Origin: a virus
Taxonomy: Duplodnaviria > Heunggongvirae > Uroviricota > Caudoviricetes
Reading direction: 5' to 3' (one strand)
Virus record (IMG/VR): IMGVR_UViG_3300006899_000574
Length of the DNA stretch: 64,000 nt
Shown: positions 38,063 to 47,525 of the stretch, piece by piece
Layout of the letters: each line of letters begins with the position of its first letter
Numbering within the stretch: the first letter of the stretch is position 1
Position numbers and translations under genes: made by a program
Notes under the pieces: model-generated
What the model saw: only the letters and a program-made list of their open reading frames with translations
Database searches by the model: none
What the model was told of the DNA's origin: nothing

Positions 38063-40285
38063 TCAGGAGTCCAGACTGGGGTCCGGAGACAGGGTATCCG
38101 GAGGGATGGTGGGTTCCCCCTCCCCTCTGGCCGCGTATGTCTCACGGTATTGCTGGTCCCGGGCTTCGCGGTTCTCCCTTAGTTTGCGGTCCCTGGCCTC
38201 TTTGGCCTCTCTGAGCTTGGCGCTACGCTTCTTCAGGACGTCGATATACTCACGCTTGCCGTCTTCCAGGGGATTCTCAACCTCTTGGCCGAACATCCAC
38301 ATATCGCGTTTGTGCGCGGCCAGGCGGTGCTCTTCAGTCAGCCTGGCGATGCGCTCATCCTTGAACTGCCACAGCATTTTGGGATCGAAGCCCCCCACGG
38401 GTTTGTTGCGCGAGGAATAGAAGTGCCGGCCGCCTATACTGCCCTCAGACATCACGCGGTTCTTGGCTTTGAAAACTTCTTCACTCACGGCTTCGTTCAA
38501 GATCACGGGGTCAACGGTCTCGAAGAACTTGCGGATCTGTTTCTGCGTCGGCCTTCTGCTTCTGGTGCTCTCCTGCGCTTCGCCGCCGAGTCCCAGCGCT
38601 CCGGCTTCTTCCGGCGGCTGTTCGCCTTCAGGAGCTGGAGTTTCTCCAGGTGGCGGGGCTTCTGCGCCGCCCGCAGGTGCAGGGCCTCCGCCGCCTCCGC
38701 CTCCCAGGGGTTCGCTTTGTGGCGCCGGAGCGCCGCCTGCGGCCGGCTGGTCACCGAGATCAATGCGGGACACCAGAGCGGAGTTCATCCAGCGCTTGAT
38801 GGTGTCGCCGTCCCATGGCAGGATCTTGGTAAGCACCTGCCGCACGAGATCCGGAGGAAGCAAGGCATTGGGGTCGCCAACAATACGCTGGCCAACCATA
38901 TCAAAGATTTTGTTGCTGAGGTCCAACAGGTCACCCTGCGCGCCGATCATGTCGCGGTCAATCTGTGACTCGGGGTACGGCATCGTCAGCTGGAATTCAA
39001 TTTCTTCTTCCTTGAATTTGCCGCTGAGGATGAGATGAATCTTGTCCATCTGCGAAATGCCTTCGAGAAGGATTTGCTGGACTCTGTAGACGCGTCTTCC
39101 GAATGGCCGGAACTGTTGTGCCAGAGCGTATCCCGAATTTCCGAAGCTTCCTTTGTTGGCATCGAGGAAACTGCGTGGCAAGCCCGTAGCCATGTCGAGT
39201 CCGTCCAGCAGGGCCTCGATGTCATCCATTCTGCCGAGGTCGATGTCAGGCGTCTCCTGCGTGTAGTCGTAGAGGCCTTTGATTGTAACAACGTGTTCTC
39301 CTACTCCGGGCTCTTCTTTTCTGCTGTCCAGCATACCTGACTGCTGAAGAAGATTCACGAACCTCACGGCATGCGCTAGTTTGTCGCTGGGCGGCACATT
39401 GGGGAGATCAATTTCGTGCTTGAAGATTGGAAACCTGGCGGATCTCGCGGCTACCTGAAGCGTCATCGCGGCGTCGTATTGACGATAGGGAGCGATGGCG
39501 TGCAGAAACATCGGCTGACCGAAGGGCGCAAAGGGGCTGTTGTTGATGAGATTGCGGAAATGAATGAACTTCCATGGCGGCAGAATGAAGTCTCCTACCT
39601 GGAATCCGAACAGGTAGGTTTCGAGATATGTCTCGACATTCGTGGTCTTCAGCACGTTGTCAATCAGCATCTTCATCTTCTGTGAGTTCGTCATGCGATA
39701 GATGTTGGATTTCGTGTCTTTGATCTTCTGCCTCAAATGATGAGCGCTGAACTCAATGCGGTCCACGAGATCGAAGATATTGATGGGGATGATCTTGGAG
39801 ACTCCGGTGTCGTTGGTCCCCAGCACCCAGCCGTGATTTCCGTACTTGACAATACTATCTGCGGCATCGGGGATGTGCTGTTCGAGGCCGATGTTGTCGT
39901 GGTGCTCCAGAAGAAAGTCTCTTACTCTTGGACTTGCGTCTACGCCGATGGTCTTGAAATTCGCATCAGCCTGATAGGATTCATCTCTGGTGATGTCAAT
40001 CCCGCGCGACAGGATCGGACTGTTGAGATAGATCATGTCGATGTCGCTGTACAGCAGTTCGCGGTTCTCGAAACTCGCGGCGTCGTCATGACAGCTGTTC
40101 ATCCAGTAGTCATAGAACTTCTGTGTCTGTGGCGGCAGGTCGAAAAACGTAGTATGGCCAACATTGTTGCCGTCAGTCGTCTTCTGCGTGGGGCGCAGTT
40201 CGTTGCGGCTCTTGTCCAGCCCGAGGTTGAAAAACTTGAAAATGCGGTTCAGGATTGTACGCTTATTTTCAACAGAGGCCATTGA
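38063..40285 (-). CDS. large hypothetical virion protein (portal candidate) with Gly/Pro-rich linker
   Basis: About 740 aa from MASVENK; low-complexity GGGGGGPAPAGGAEAPPPG; charged C-terminus. Confidence 0.45.
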   Translation of the reverse strand, partial: SMASVENKRTILNRIFKFFNLGLDKSRNELRPTQKTTDGNNVGHTTFFDLPPQTQKFYDYWMNSCHDDAASFENRELLYSDIDMIYLNSPILSRGIDITRDESYQADANFKTIGVDASPRVRDFLLEHHDNIGLEQHIPDAADSIVKYGNHGWVLGTNDTGVSKIIPINIFDLVDRIEFSAHHLRQKIKDTKSNIYRMTNSQKMKMLIDNVLKTTNVETYLETYLFGFQVGDFILPPWKFIHFRNLINNSPFAPFGQPMFLHAIAPYRQYDAAMTLQVAARSARFPIFKHEIDLPNVPPSDKLAHAVRFVNLLQQSGMLDSRKEEPGVGEHVVTIKGLYDYTQETPDIDLGRMDDIEALLDGLDMATGLPRSFLDANKGSFGNSGYALAQQFRPFGRRVYRVQQILLEGISQMDKIHLILSGKFKEEEIEFQLTMPYPESQIDRDMIGAQGDLLDLSNKIFDMVGQRIVGDPNALLPPDLVRQVLTKILPWDGDTIKRWMNSALVSRIDLGDQPAAGGAPAPQSEPLGGGGGGGPAPAGGAEAPPPGETPAPEGEQPPEEAGALGLGGEAQESTRSRRPTQKQIRKFFETVDPVILNEAVSEEVFKAKNRVMSEGSIGGRHFYSSRNKPVGGFDPKMLWQFKDERIARLTEEHRLAAHKRDMWMFGQEVENPLEDGKREYIDVLKKRSAKLREAKEARDRKLRENREARDQQYRETYAARGEGEPTIPPDTLSPDPSLDS

Positions 40286-40314
40286 GGTCTTAGTGAGGCC
40301 TCCGGGAATCACGA

Positions 40315-41634
40315 CTAGACGAGGTCTTGCTGTATTTTTGCGAGCGTCCGGGTGCCGGTGTTGATTTTCATGCCACTTCGCACGAGTTCCATCTGCGTCA
40401 TCAGCAGACGCTGGTCTCCGGTGAAGACATGCCGGCTCGCGCCGATCAGCCATTTGCCGGCGTACATGGAGTGCTTTCCGGAGGGCCCTTTGATGTCGAT
40501 TTCCATCGTGCGGCCCGCAACAGCTTCCTGGTTGAAATGCACGACTGCCCGCAGACGGTGCGCGGTGAGCGCCGACAGGTGCCGGCTCGCCATCCAGCCT
40601 TCGTAGTTCTTCTGGTGGTTCTTGTTGTCCAGGACGCCATAGGTCTCGATGTTTCTGAGGAGCCCGAGATCGGTGTTGCGCACCATGTAGGTGCGATCGC
40701 TGGTGCCGATTTCCCGGGGCTGAACCGTGGGCGCCACGTAGGATGTCTTCGGAGTGGCCTCGACCAGCTCATAACCGCCATCCGGCCGCAGGGCGTAGAA
40801 TTGCGACCGATACACGCTTTCGCCAAAGGGAACGCCGGCGTGAACCACACCGTATTCCTGGATCTGTGAGGTGTCGAGTTGTCGGTCAGGCGTGATGCTC
40901 ATCTTGTAGCGCAGTTGCGGCATGACCTTCTGGCTCTCCAGATTCTTCAACGAATCAAAGTAGAACTCTCCCCGAAGATTTATGAATGTCAGGTAGGGGC
41001 TGTTGTTGGAGTTCACGGCGATATCTGCATGTCTGGCGAGAAATTCGAAATCGAATTCGTTGCACTGATACCAGAGATCGGAGTTCAGGATGCCCCCGGG
41101 ATTACCCAGGCCGTCAATCTGTACTTTGGAGAAATCGTAGTCAGAAACGATGGTGTTGATGACGGTCTTCAATGGTGTGCCGAGAGCCGACGCACTGCTG
41201 TAGCCAAAACTTCGACTATGGCCGCCATCTAGCTTGCGGTAGCGCGACAGCAGTGTCCACAGCTGAGATCCGGAGATGTGATCGGAAGCCACGGTATCGA
41301 GAATCTCTGAAGTCGCCCAGTAGAAGTCGTGGCTGATGCTCTGGTTGTAGCGCAGTTTGCCGAACATCACGCCGAGATTCAGAGACTCGATGAACGGCCA
41401 GTTCTCTGCCAGCTCGCCGGTGGCGTCCCGCAGAAGCAGGGTGCCGTGCGGAAACGGGAAGCCATCGGCCCTGTAGATGCTGTCGGAGAACGACGCCTCG
41501 GTAAAAAGACCTGCCTCTCCATCATTGAAGAAGAAGTAGTCGGGGTCGTCGATAAATCCAAACCGCGCGCCGGTGCCTATGCGTAGCGTTGCGCCCTGCG
41601 CGTTGAGCTGTGTCTTGGGAGTGTTGACGGGCAC
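40315..41634 (-). CDS. hypothetical structural protein
   Basis: 439 aa. Confidence 0.5.
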   Translation of the reverse strand: MPVNTPKTQLNAQGATLRIGTGARFGFIDDPDYFFFNDGEAGLFTEASFSDSIYRADGFPFPHGTLLLRDATGELAENWPFIESLNLGVMFGKLRYNQSISHDFYWATSEILDTVASDHISGSQLWTLLSRYRKLDGGHSRSFGYSSASALGTPLKTVINTIVSDYDFSKVQIDGLGNPGGILNSDLWYQCNEFDFEFLARHADIAVNSNNSPYLTFINLRGEFYFDSLKNLESQKVMPQLRYKMSITPDRQLDTSQIQEYGVVHAGVPFGESVYRSQFYALRPDGGYELVEATPKTSYVAPTVQPREIGTSDRTYMVRNTDLGLLRNIETYGVLDNKNHQKNYEGWMASRHLSALTAHRLRAVVHFNQEAVAGRTMEIDIKGPSGKHSMYAGKWLIGASRHVFTGDQRLLMTQMELVRSGMKINTGTRTLAKIQQDLV

Positions 41635-41640
41635 CTGGTC

Positions 41641-42183
41641 TTAGGGCTCAGGCTGACTCTGGGCGTAGTGTCGCCGCAACTCCTGTAACTCCTCGCGCAA
41701 AGCCGAGAATCGCTGGTTGTTGAGATGCGCCTTCAGGCTCCAGATGCGCATGGCCGCCAGATGGTAGAGATGCGCCTTCATATCCGCAGGCAGTGGCACT
41801 GCGTTGCGGTTCAGCTTTGCCTGGCGCTCCCAGCGCGCGACGCATATGCCGCGAAAATCTCTTTTCACAGAGATGATGCCGGCCCGCTCCGGGACATCAG
41901 CGCGGACTTTCTCCATTACGTCTTCCGGCATGGCATACGACAACTTGCGGAGATAGATGCTGTCGTGGCTGTGGTTTTTCTTCAGGTCGGCGCGGAAGTC
42001 CGCAACGCTGATCTTGAGTTCGATCTCCGCAAGGTAGCCGCTGTCGGGATTCAGCACCACGAGATCACACTCGTGCCGAAAGCCCAGTCCCCAGGAGACG
42101 TTGGGTACGATGGTCTGACGACGGTAACCTATGAGGCCAACGACGGCCAGCTCAAGCTCAGGAGTTGAGATTTTCTTCCGCAC
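41641..42183 (-). CDS. hypothetical protein
   Basis: 180 aa. Confidence 0.45.
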   Translation of the reverse strand: MRKKISTPELELAVVGLIGYRRQTIVPNVSWGLGFRHECDLVVLNPDSGYLAEIELKISVADFRADLKKNHSHDSIYLRKLSYAMPEDVMEKVRADVPERAGIISVKRDFRGICVARWERQAKLNRNAVPLPADMKAHLYHLAAMRIWSLKAHLNNQRFSALREELQELRRHYAQSQPEP

Positions 42184-42259
42184 TGGCCGTCAGTTCTGGC
42201 GCCATAATCCGCTCTGGCAATCGGTTTTTGAAGCCGGTATCTGCCGGGACTAACACGCT

Positions 42260-43378
42260 GTGGCTGAAAGATACTACCCGGATTCCGACCAGACTCCTCA
42301 GATCGTAAAACTCGTGCTTTACCGCGTGTTGCTGTTCGTGGCCGAAGTGCTGTATCCATCTGAATACGACCCCAGCAATCCCGACTGCCGGGCCAACAAG
42401 CGCGTCATGGCGTCGTCCATGCAGGGCGGCAATGACTTCCATATGAGAAGAAGCGTGGAGGCCAACGCGCTGGACCCCATACAAACTGCCGTAGCACAGT
42501 TCGACAACTTCATGCAAAACGACGTCTTCCCCTTCACGGCCTACAGTGTGGCGGAAGAGCAAGACGGTGAGATCAAGAACTGGCTGGCGCAGAGCGGCAC
42601 GGTATGGATTGACGAGATCGGCCGCTATGGCGGCGCAATCCACCGAACCATCACGTTTCCCATGGTGACGTTCTTCGCGCGCGAAGCCGATTACCACACG
42701 GCTATCAACGCACTGCGCTTCAGCAACTCCGTGCTGACAAGACTCGATGTGCCAATTGTGTTCAATAAAGAACTCGATGCCGTGAGCCCGCAGAAGCAGG
42801 CCAAACGGCTGTCGAAATTTCCTATCGACATCAGCATCGAAATCTCCCAGGGAGACTATGCCTACGACTTCCAGGCGTATCTAACGAAGAACAAAATCTG
42901 GGACGTCAAGCATGACATCAAGATACGCTTCTACGATCTGAACTTCGGCGCCTACCTGGCAGATCAAACGATCAACGACATCATGTTGAACCTCTGGGAA
43001 ATGCACACCGGTGCGGCGGATCTGCTGACGTTCAGCACAACGATCGACTCCCAGCAACCCGTGCTCACAAGTTCCAATCCGGCGAACGGCGCCACAGCTG
43101 TTGTTGTGAACCCCGCGAGCATCGACTTTGTCTTCAGCCAGCCCATGGACATGGCGGCACTTGTGAAAATCGCCACCGTGAGCCCTGCTATCGAAGCCGA
43201 TGTGAGCTACAGTGATGACCACCTCACGCTGTCCTACGTGCCGCAGGAAAATCTCCTCGCCAGCACCACCTACACCTTCACGTTCCCCGGGCCCTCCGGC
43301 AACAAGAAGGGCACGACGAACTACTGGGGCAGGCCGGTTGCAGACAGTATTGTCGTTGGCTTCAGCACGGCACCGTAG
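42260..43378 (+). CDS. hypothetical protein with C-terminal bacterial Ig-like (Big/SbsA-type) domain
   Basis: TIDSQQPVLTSSNPANGATAVVVNPASIDFVFSQPMD... Confidence 0.5.
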   Translation: MAERYYPDSDQTPQIVKLVLYRVLLFVAEVLYPSEYDPSNPDCRANKRVMASSMQGGNDFHMRRSVEANALDPIQTAVAQFDNFMQNDVFPFTAYSVAEEQDGEIKNWLAQSGTVWIDEIGRYGGAIHRTITFPMVTFFAREADYHTAINALRFSNSVLTRLDVPIVFNKELDAVSPQKQAKRLSKFPIDISIEISQGDYAYDFQAYLTKNKIWDVKHDIKIRFYDLNFGAYLADQTINDIMLNLWEMHTGAADLLTFSTTIDSQQPVLTSSNPANGATAVVVNPASIDFVFSQPMDMAALVKIATVSPAIEADVSYSDDHLTLSYVPQENLLASTTYTFTFPGPSGNKKGTTNYWGRPVADSIVVGFSTAP

Positions 43379-43391
43379 CGGACTAACAAGC

Positions 43392-43673
43392 ATGTCAACT
43401 GTGCGAATCCACTCACCTCTCTATGAATACGACAGCCGCCAGGGGCAGGACGTCATCAGCACACAGGTTCTTGACATCCGCAGAAACAAGAAGCGAGCCA
43501 TTACCATGACACGCGCGGATTTTGAGAACGACGACAGTCTGCGCGGCATTCTGCAAAGCAACAGCATTCTCGACAGCAGTGATGAAGAGATCCAGATGAC
43601 AAGGCCGACAGACAACAGCGCCGATGTTCGCGAAGGCAATGACCTCATCCTGCGGGTGATCAGAACGACATGA
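43392..43673 (+). CDS. hypothetical protein (start at MSTVRIH)
   Basis: The ORF follows the stop of the preceding gene. Confidence 0.35.
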   Translation: MSTVRIHSPLYEYDSRQGQDVISTQVLDIRRNKKRAITMTRADFENDDSLRGILQSNSILDSSDEEIQMTRPTDNSADVREGNDLILRVIRTT

Positions 43674-44251
43674 AGTCAGCTCTGGACAAACTCTCCGCCT
43701 ACCTGGCACCGGCTATCCGCACCATGGGCGACTTTGAGATCGACCTCACGGGAACCGAAACCTGTGTGGTGCGCATCAAGAAAGAAACAGTAGACGCCTG
43801 GGCAGGCAACTCATCGGAACACGGCAAGCGCGATGTCTTTGGCGACGCCGATGAGCGCGCAGTGGGCGCCGCAATCATCGACAACATCATCATCAACTAC
43901 AACGGCTACGATAAGATCGAAGCCTTCGGAAAAGCCCCGGGGAAAACCAGTCCGCGCCTGAATGTGAAAGACCCGGAGAAGCCCATCGAATTCCTTCTGC
44001 GGATCTCGGGTCAATACCTGGAGAACCCCGTGAGCCTGGGGGAAGGTGATCTGCTGGTGGATCACTTTATAGACGAACGCGGTGCCGCAATTCCCGTGTA
44101 CCTCCAGGTGGGTCCGGTGTCAGCGAGCTTCTTTGCCAAGCACCTCGTGGCAAAGCAAGGCGTTCTGGTGCCCTACCACGGCAGGATGGAGAAATCCATA
44201 CGCCAGGCAATTGAAGTCTACGTCAGGAAGATCCGCGCCGGCCTGCTGTGA
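43670..44251 (+). CDS. hypothetical protein
   Basis: 193 aa, ATGA coupling. Confidence 0.45.
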   Translation: MKSALDKLSAYLAPAIRTMGDFEIDLTGTETCVVRIKKETVDAWAGNSSEHGKRDVFGDADERAVGAAIIDNIIINYNGYDKIEAFGKAPGKTSPRLNVKDPEKPIEFLLRISGQYLENPVSLGEGDLLVDHFIDERGAAIPVYLQVGPVSASFFAKHLVAKQGVLVPYHGRMEKSIRQAIEVYVRKIRAGLL

Positions 44252-44290
44252 AATAAAAAAGCCGCGCCTTGTGGGACGCGGCTTTTTGCG
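44252..44290. terminator. bidirectional terminator between convergent genes
   Basis: AAATAAAAAA-GCCGCG-ccttgtggga-CGCGGC-TTTTTG. Confidence 0.55.
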
Positions 44291-44309
44291 AAAGTAAGAA
44301 AAAAAGCGC

Positions 44310-44729
44310 TTACGCTCCTTCTTCCTGGGAGACGTCCTCCAGAATACTGCGCGCGACTTCATACCAGTCAACCTGGCTGAGACCGGCATTCATCAGATCC
44401 TGATAGACGCCTGGAAGTTCCGGCAACTCAGCGTCTGTGTCGTAGTGTGACTTCAGCTGATCGGCAAGCACGCCTTCTGCTTCTCTGCCTTCGTGTGCGG
44501 GGTCATCCATGTTAGCGAGAACCGCGCGAGCTTCTTCCAGCCAGAATTCATACGTCTCACGGCCGTCGTAGTTGCCACCTACCTCCATGGCCATGACCCA
44601 GGTTTCGTAATTTTTCCAGCCGTTGTAGCTCTGATCGTTTTCCTTGACCTTCGCCGCTGGTGCGTTTGCCTGGGGCTTACGCGGTGCTGATCCAGATGGT
44701 TTTACGTGACGTCTTTGATGAACTCTCAT
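44310..44729 (-). CDS. acidic hypothetical protein
   Basis: 139 aa; NGWKNYETW motif. Confidence 0.45.
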   Translation of the reverse strand: MRVHQRRHVKPSGSAPRKPQANAPAAKVKENDQSYNGWKNYETWVMAMEVGGNYDGRETYEFWLEEARAVLANMDDPAHEGREAEGVLADQLKSHYDTDAELPELPGVYQDLMNAGLSQVDWYEVARSILEDVSQEEGA

Positions 44730-45469
44730 TCCTGCTCTCCTTCGTCTCCGGATTCTTCGTCGCCTTCTTCCTCTTCGTCTTCAGACTCCTCTTCGCCTTC
44801 GGATTCGTCGCCTTCTTCAGACTCTTCCTCTTCTTCGCCTTCCTTGGACTCTTCTTCGACTTCGTCGAGAAGTGCTTTGCGCTCTTCATCGCTCAGGGAC
44901 TTCAAGAATTCAATTGCCTCTACGCGCTGGCTTTCCTGCTCGGCGTCTTCTTCGCCTTCTTCGCCTTCTGCGCCGGGCTCGCCTTCCTGTCCTTCGGGAG
45001 CAAGGTCTCCGGTCTCGGACTCCATGCCCACTCCGATGTCCTGGTCGTCGGAAAGAAAGTCATCCTGCTGATCGAGGTCAAAGTCCTCAGCGTGTTGCTC
45101 CACCAGAACGTAGCGCTTGCCTGCGGCTTCAATCATGGGAAGCTCGCCCTGGTGCTTCATGCCCGGCATGCCGGGATAGTTGCGAACCTTTGTCGCCATG
45201 GCGGACTGGTATTTATGGGGCTTGAGTTTCACACCGGGGCGCGGACTGCGGTTACCGGTTTTTGCTCGGGTCTGGACCGTGGCGCCAGTAACGGCACGTT
45301 TTTCCGCCGAACCCTTCTTGCCGAAGTTTGAGGCGTCGGCGCCCGTGCCGGCTTTGTCTTTGCCGTCTACGGTGTAAGAACCGACTCCGGCTTCTTTGTA
45401 GAAGCTGAGGTTCTCCGACAGCTTGCCGCCAGCAAACAGAGATATCCAGGTAGTAAGAACAGGTTTCAT
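44726..45469 (-). CDS. hypothetical protein with poly-acidic C-terminal tail
   Basis: About 70 C-terminal residues almost entirely E/D/S/G. Confidence 0.5.
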   Translation of the reverse strand: MKPVLTTWISLFAGGKLSENLSFYKEAGVGSYTVDGKDKAGTGADASNFGKKGSAEKRAVTGATVQTRAKTGNRSPRPGVKLKPHKYQSAMATKVRNYPGMPGMKHQGELPMIEAAGKRYVLVEQHAEDFDLDQQDDFLSDDQDIGVGMESETGDLAPEGQEGEPGAEGEEGEEDAEQESQRVEAIEFLKSLSDEERKALLDEVEEESKEGEEEEESEEGDESEGEEESEDEEEEGDEESGDEGEQE

Positions 45470-45501
45470 ATACTGGGATTAGTGACGCCGGGGCGTTGAA
45501 A

Positions 45502-45915
45502 TCACTTCTTCTTTTTCTTCTTTTTCTTCGCGGTAGTGATCCTTACCACGCCGCCGCTGTTTTCCGGCACGGCTCCAATGCTCGCCGACACCTGCACGCC
45601 GTCTTCCAGAAGCTCTTGCACGCCGGCATCAGACGTCAACCAGCGCTCCACTACGGACTTCAGGCCGCGCCTGAGATTCAATACATCCTTCAGGCTGGTG
45701 TCGGGCCCCAGGATCTCCCTGACCTCTGGTGACCGCCATTCGATCTCAAACTGCCGCAGAGCCTCACGTCTCACTGCCTCGTCGTCAGTGGTGTCTACTC
45801 CCTTGCGGCCTTGAAGCTGGTCGATGACGTCCGTCAGTAATTGCTCCGTGGTCATGGAGTTGAGATGCTGAAGCGCATCGCTGTAGCCCGGGTAGTGTGT
45901 TTCTTCTGCCGTCAT
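45502..45915 (-). CDS. hypothetical protein ending in a K9 tail (AKKKKKKKKK)
   Basis: C-terminal lysine run encoded by CTTCTTTTTCTTC repeats. Confidence 0.4.
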   Translation of the reverse strand: MTAEETHYPGYSDALQHLNSMTTEQLLTDVIDQLQGRKGVDTTDDEAVRREALRQFEIEWRSPEVREILGPDTSLKDVLNLRRGLKSVVERWLTSDAGVQELLEDGVQVSASIGAVPENSGGVVRITTAKKKKKKKK

Positions 45916-46283
45916 GGAGTGTTAGTCCCGAGCATCAGTAACGCCGTGGAGGTTTTGACTCGCGTGCGGCAATTCCTGCAAGTCTTATAGAATTCACCGG
46001 GCTTGATTTTATGAAAATCGGGCTTGTGACAACACAAGGGCTTCGGTAATGGATTCGGACAGCCCCGAGCCTCTCTCGTCATGCAAACAAGTCTGAGACT
46101 CTTGTGGTAGCTCGTATAGCCGCGACCAGGAGAATACGAACCTTTGTCTTGATGGACATGCAGACAACTGCGATGCAGGCAATGCACATCGCAGACCTCC
46201 ACGTCACCTCTCTCGTGTCTGACAATCACTCTATCGGCCTCCACTGTGATGGGTAGTGTCTCCAGCCCTCGACGTCTGTCCAC
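45912..46283 (-). CDS. Cys/His-rich hypothetical protein
   Basis: 123 aa. Confidence 0.4.
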   Translation of the reverse strand: MDRRRGLETLPITVEADRVIVRHERGDVEVCDVHCLHRSCLHVHQDKGSYSPGRGYTSYHKSLRLVCMTREARGCPNPLPKPLCCHKPDFHKIKPGEFYKTCRNCRTRVKTSTALLMLGTNTP

Positions 46284-46549
46284 TGAACTCCATCGTAATC
46301 GGCTGTAAAGGGCTCATACCATCCGCCGGAGGTTTTGCCCACGCGCACCAGAACGGTTACACAGATCATGTTGGCAGTCGGAGGCTCGGTCTCGCAGTCT
46401 CGCCACCTCAATTTGTCGCGTTCGGCATCCAGCGCGGCCAGCAGTTCTCCTCGGTGTAAGTGAATGTCCCAATGAGCGGCATGAGAGCGTAAGCCGTGCT
46501 CTTGATGATGCGCGTGGGCTTCTCGGATTTCCTTCTCACGTTTTGTCAT
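46226..46549 (-). CDS. hypothetical protein
   Basis: 107 aa. Confidence 0.35.
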   Translation of the reverse strand: MTKREKEIREAHAHHQEHGLRSHAAHWDIHLHRGELLAALDAERDKLRWRDCETEPPTANMICVTVLVRVGKTSGGWYEPFTADYDGVQWTDVEGWRHYPSQWRPIE

Positions 46550-46848
46550 CTTCTATGATCTCCCCGGGGGTCATTCTGTCCCTCTGTTCCGAAAAAATCG
46601 TTATTTAACATATCGTCCAGTATATCGTTAAGGCTCTCGAACCAGCACTGTCTGCGATCGTTGTCCCCATCTGCGATCTGCTTCGCTATGTTATCCAAAA
46701 CTTTTCTGTAGTTCTTCCCATTGATCTTCATGTGTGAGCCTCTCGTCCTCCCATTACTACCATCATAAATGCGCTGTCGAGATTCCAAGGTCTGAGAAGA
46801 TAATCTGATACTCCGCTTCCGACAACGGCCAGAGATCCCTGAAATCAT
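46546..46848 (-). CDS. hypothetical protein
   Basis: 100 aa. Confidence 0.35.
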   Translation of the reverse strand: MISGISGRCRKRSIRLSSQTLESRQRIYDGSNGRTRGSHMKINGKNYRKVLDNIAKQIADGDNDRRQCWFESLNDILDDMLNNDFFGTEGQNDPRGDHRR

Positions 46849-47101
46849 CTCGACTGAGATTTTTGGCCGCGAAATAGGCCAGCAGAATGGCGGGTTGTCG
46901 GAATAACGGATTGCTGGAGTGACGGATTACGACTTTGTCCCAAATCCACGAGTGATCTGCGCTGAACATCTGAAGTTGATCTGCGGTCGTGAGTCCAGAG
47001 ACAAACTCCAGAAGCAAGTCATTGAGCACGTTGGGGTCCGCCGGTAGAGCGGACATTTTTCCGTATAGCTTTGATAGAAAATCCATCATCTCGACCTTCA
47101 T
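46763..47101 (-). CDS. hypothetical protein
   Basis: 112 aa. Confidence 0.4.
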   Translation of the reverse strand: MKVEMMDFLSKLYGKMSALPADPNVLNDLLLEFVSGLTTADQLQMFSADHSWIWDKVVIRHSSNPLFRQPAILLAYFAAKNLSRDDFRDLWPLSEAEYQIIFSDLGISTAHL

Positions 47102-47355
47102 TTACGGATCTCCTCTGCCACGCCCATTGCTATCAATTTCTCTGCAAGAGTTCGCGTGAAATAAAACTCCACTCCAGCCGCAACCAGCTTCCTACCTGAT
47201 TCTCCCAGGATGCCGGTCAGAAATATCGCTTCCGGGTCGGTAATGCGTATCCGCAGGGGGTCGCGAACTACTGCACGGCGGGAAAGTTCTTCGGGGACCA
47301 CCATGAAATCGAGTTCTATCATTTCTCCAGATCCTTGCGCCAGCATCAAAGTCAT
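47098..47355 (-). CDS. hypothetical protein
   Basis: 85 aa. Confidence 0.4.
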   Translation of the reverse strand: MTLMLAQGSGEMIELDFMVVPEELSRRAVVRDPLRIRITDPEAIFLTGILGESGRKLVAAGVEFYFTRTLAEKLIAMGVAEEIRK

Positions 47356-47525
47356 TTACGGGCCTCCCACCTTCTCATCGTAACCGGAACCCCTGAAGCC
47401 GGGCATCCCTTGGTGCAACACTTGACAGTCTCATCCCAGGTGTCCCAGCGGTAAGGTCGTTTACCGCAGAACGGACACAGTTTTGCATTCAGCACTCGAT
47501 CATTCTTGTCTGTTTGGATCTTCAT
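47352..47525 (-). CDS. small zinc-ribbon protein (57 aa, below the ORF-track cut-off)
   Basis: Hand translation MKIQTDKNDRVLNAKLCPFCGKRPYRWDTWDETVKCCTKGCPASG... Confidence 0.3.
   Translation of the reverse strand: MKIQTDKNDRVLNAKLCPFCGKRPYRWDTWDETVKCCTKGCPASGVPVTMRRWEARK

Noticed and set aside
38590-38720. GC-rich GGCGCC/CCGCCTCC repeats
   Set aside because: These encode the Gly/Pro-rich linker of the 38063-40285 protein. It is a coding low-complexity region, not an independent element.
38063-40453. Calling the 796-aa ORF the portal protein outright
   Set aside because: Only size, charge and a flexible linker support it, and I see no recognisable portal motifs. The 731-aa acidic protein at 23110-25305 is an equally good candidate by synteny. 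Left as a candidate.
44730-45000. Repetitive GAAGAG/CTTCTTC DNA that could look like a repeat array
   Set aside because: It is the coding sequence of the poly-acidic and poly-Lys tails. There is no spacer-repeat periodicity, so it is not a CRISPR.
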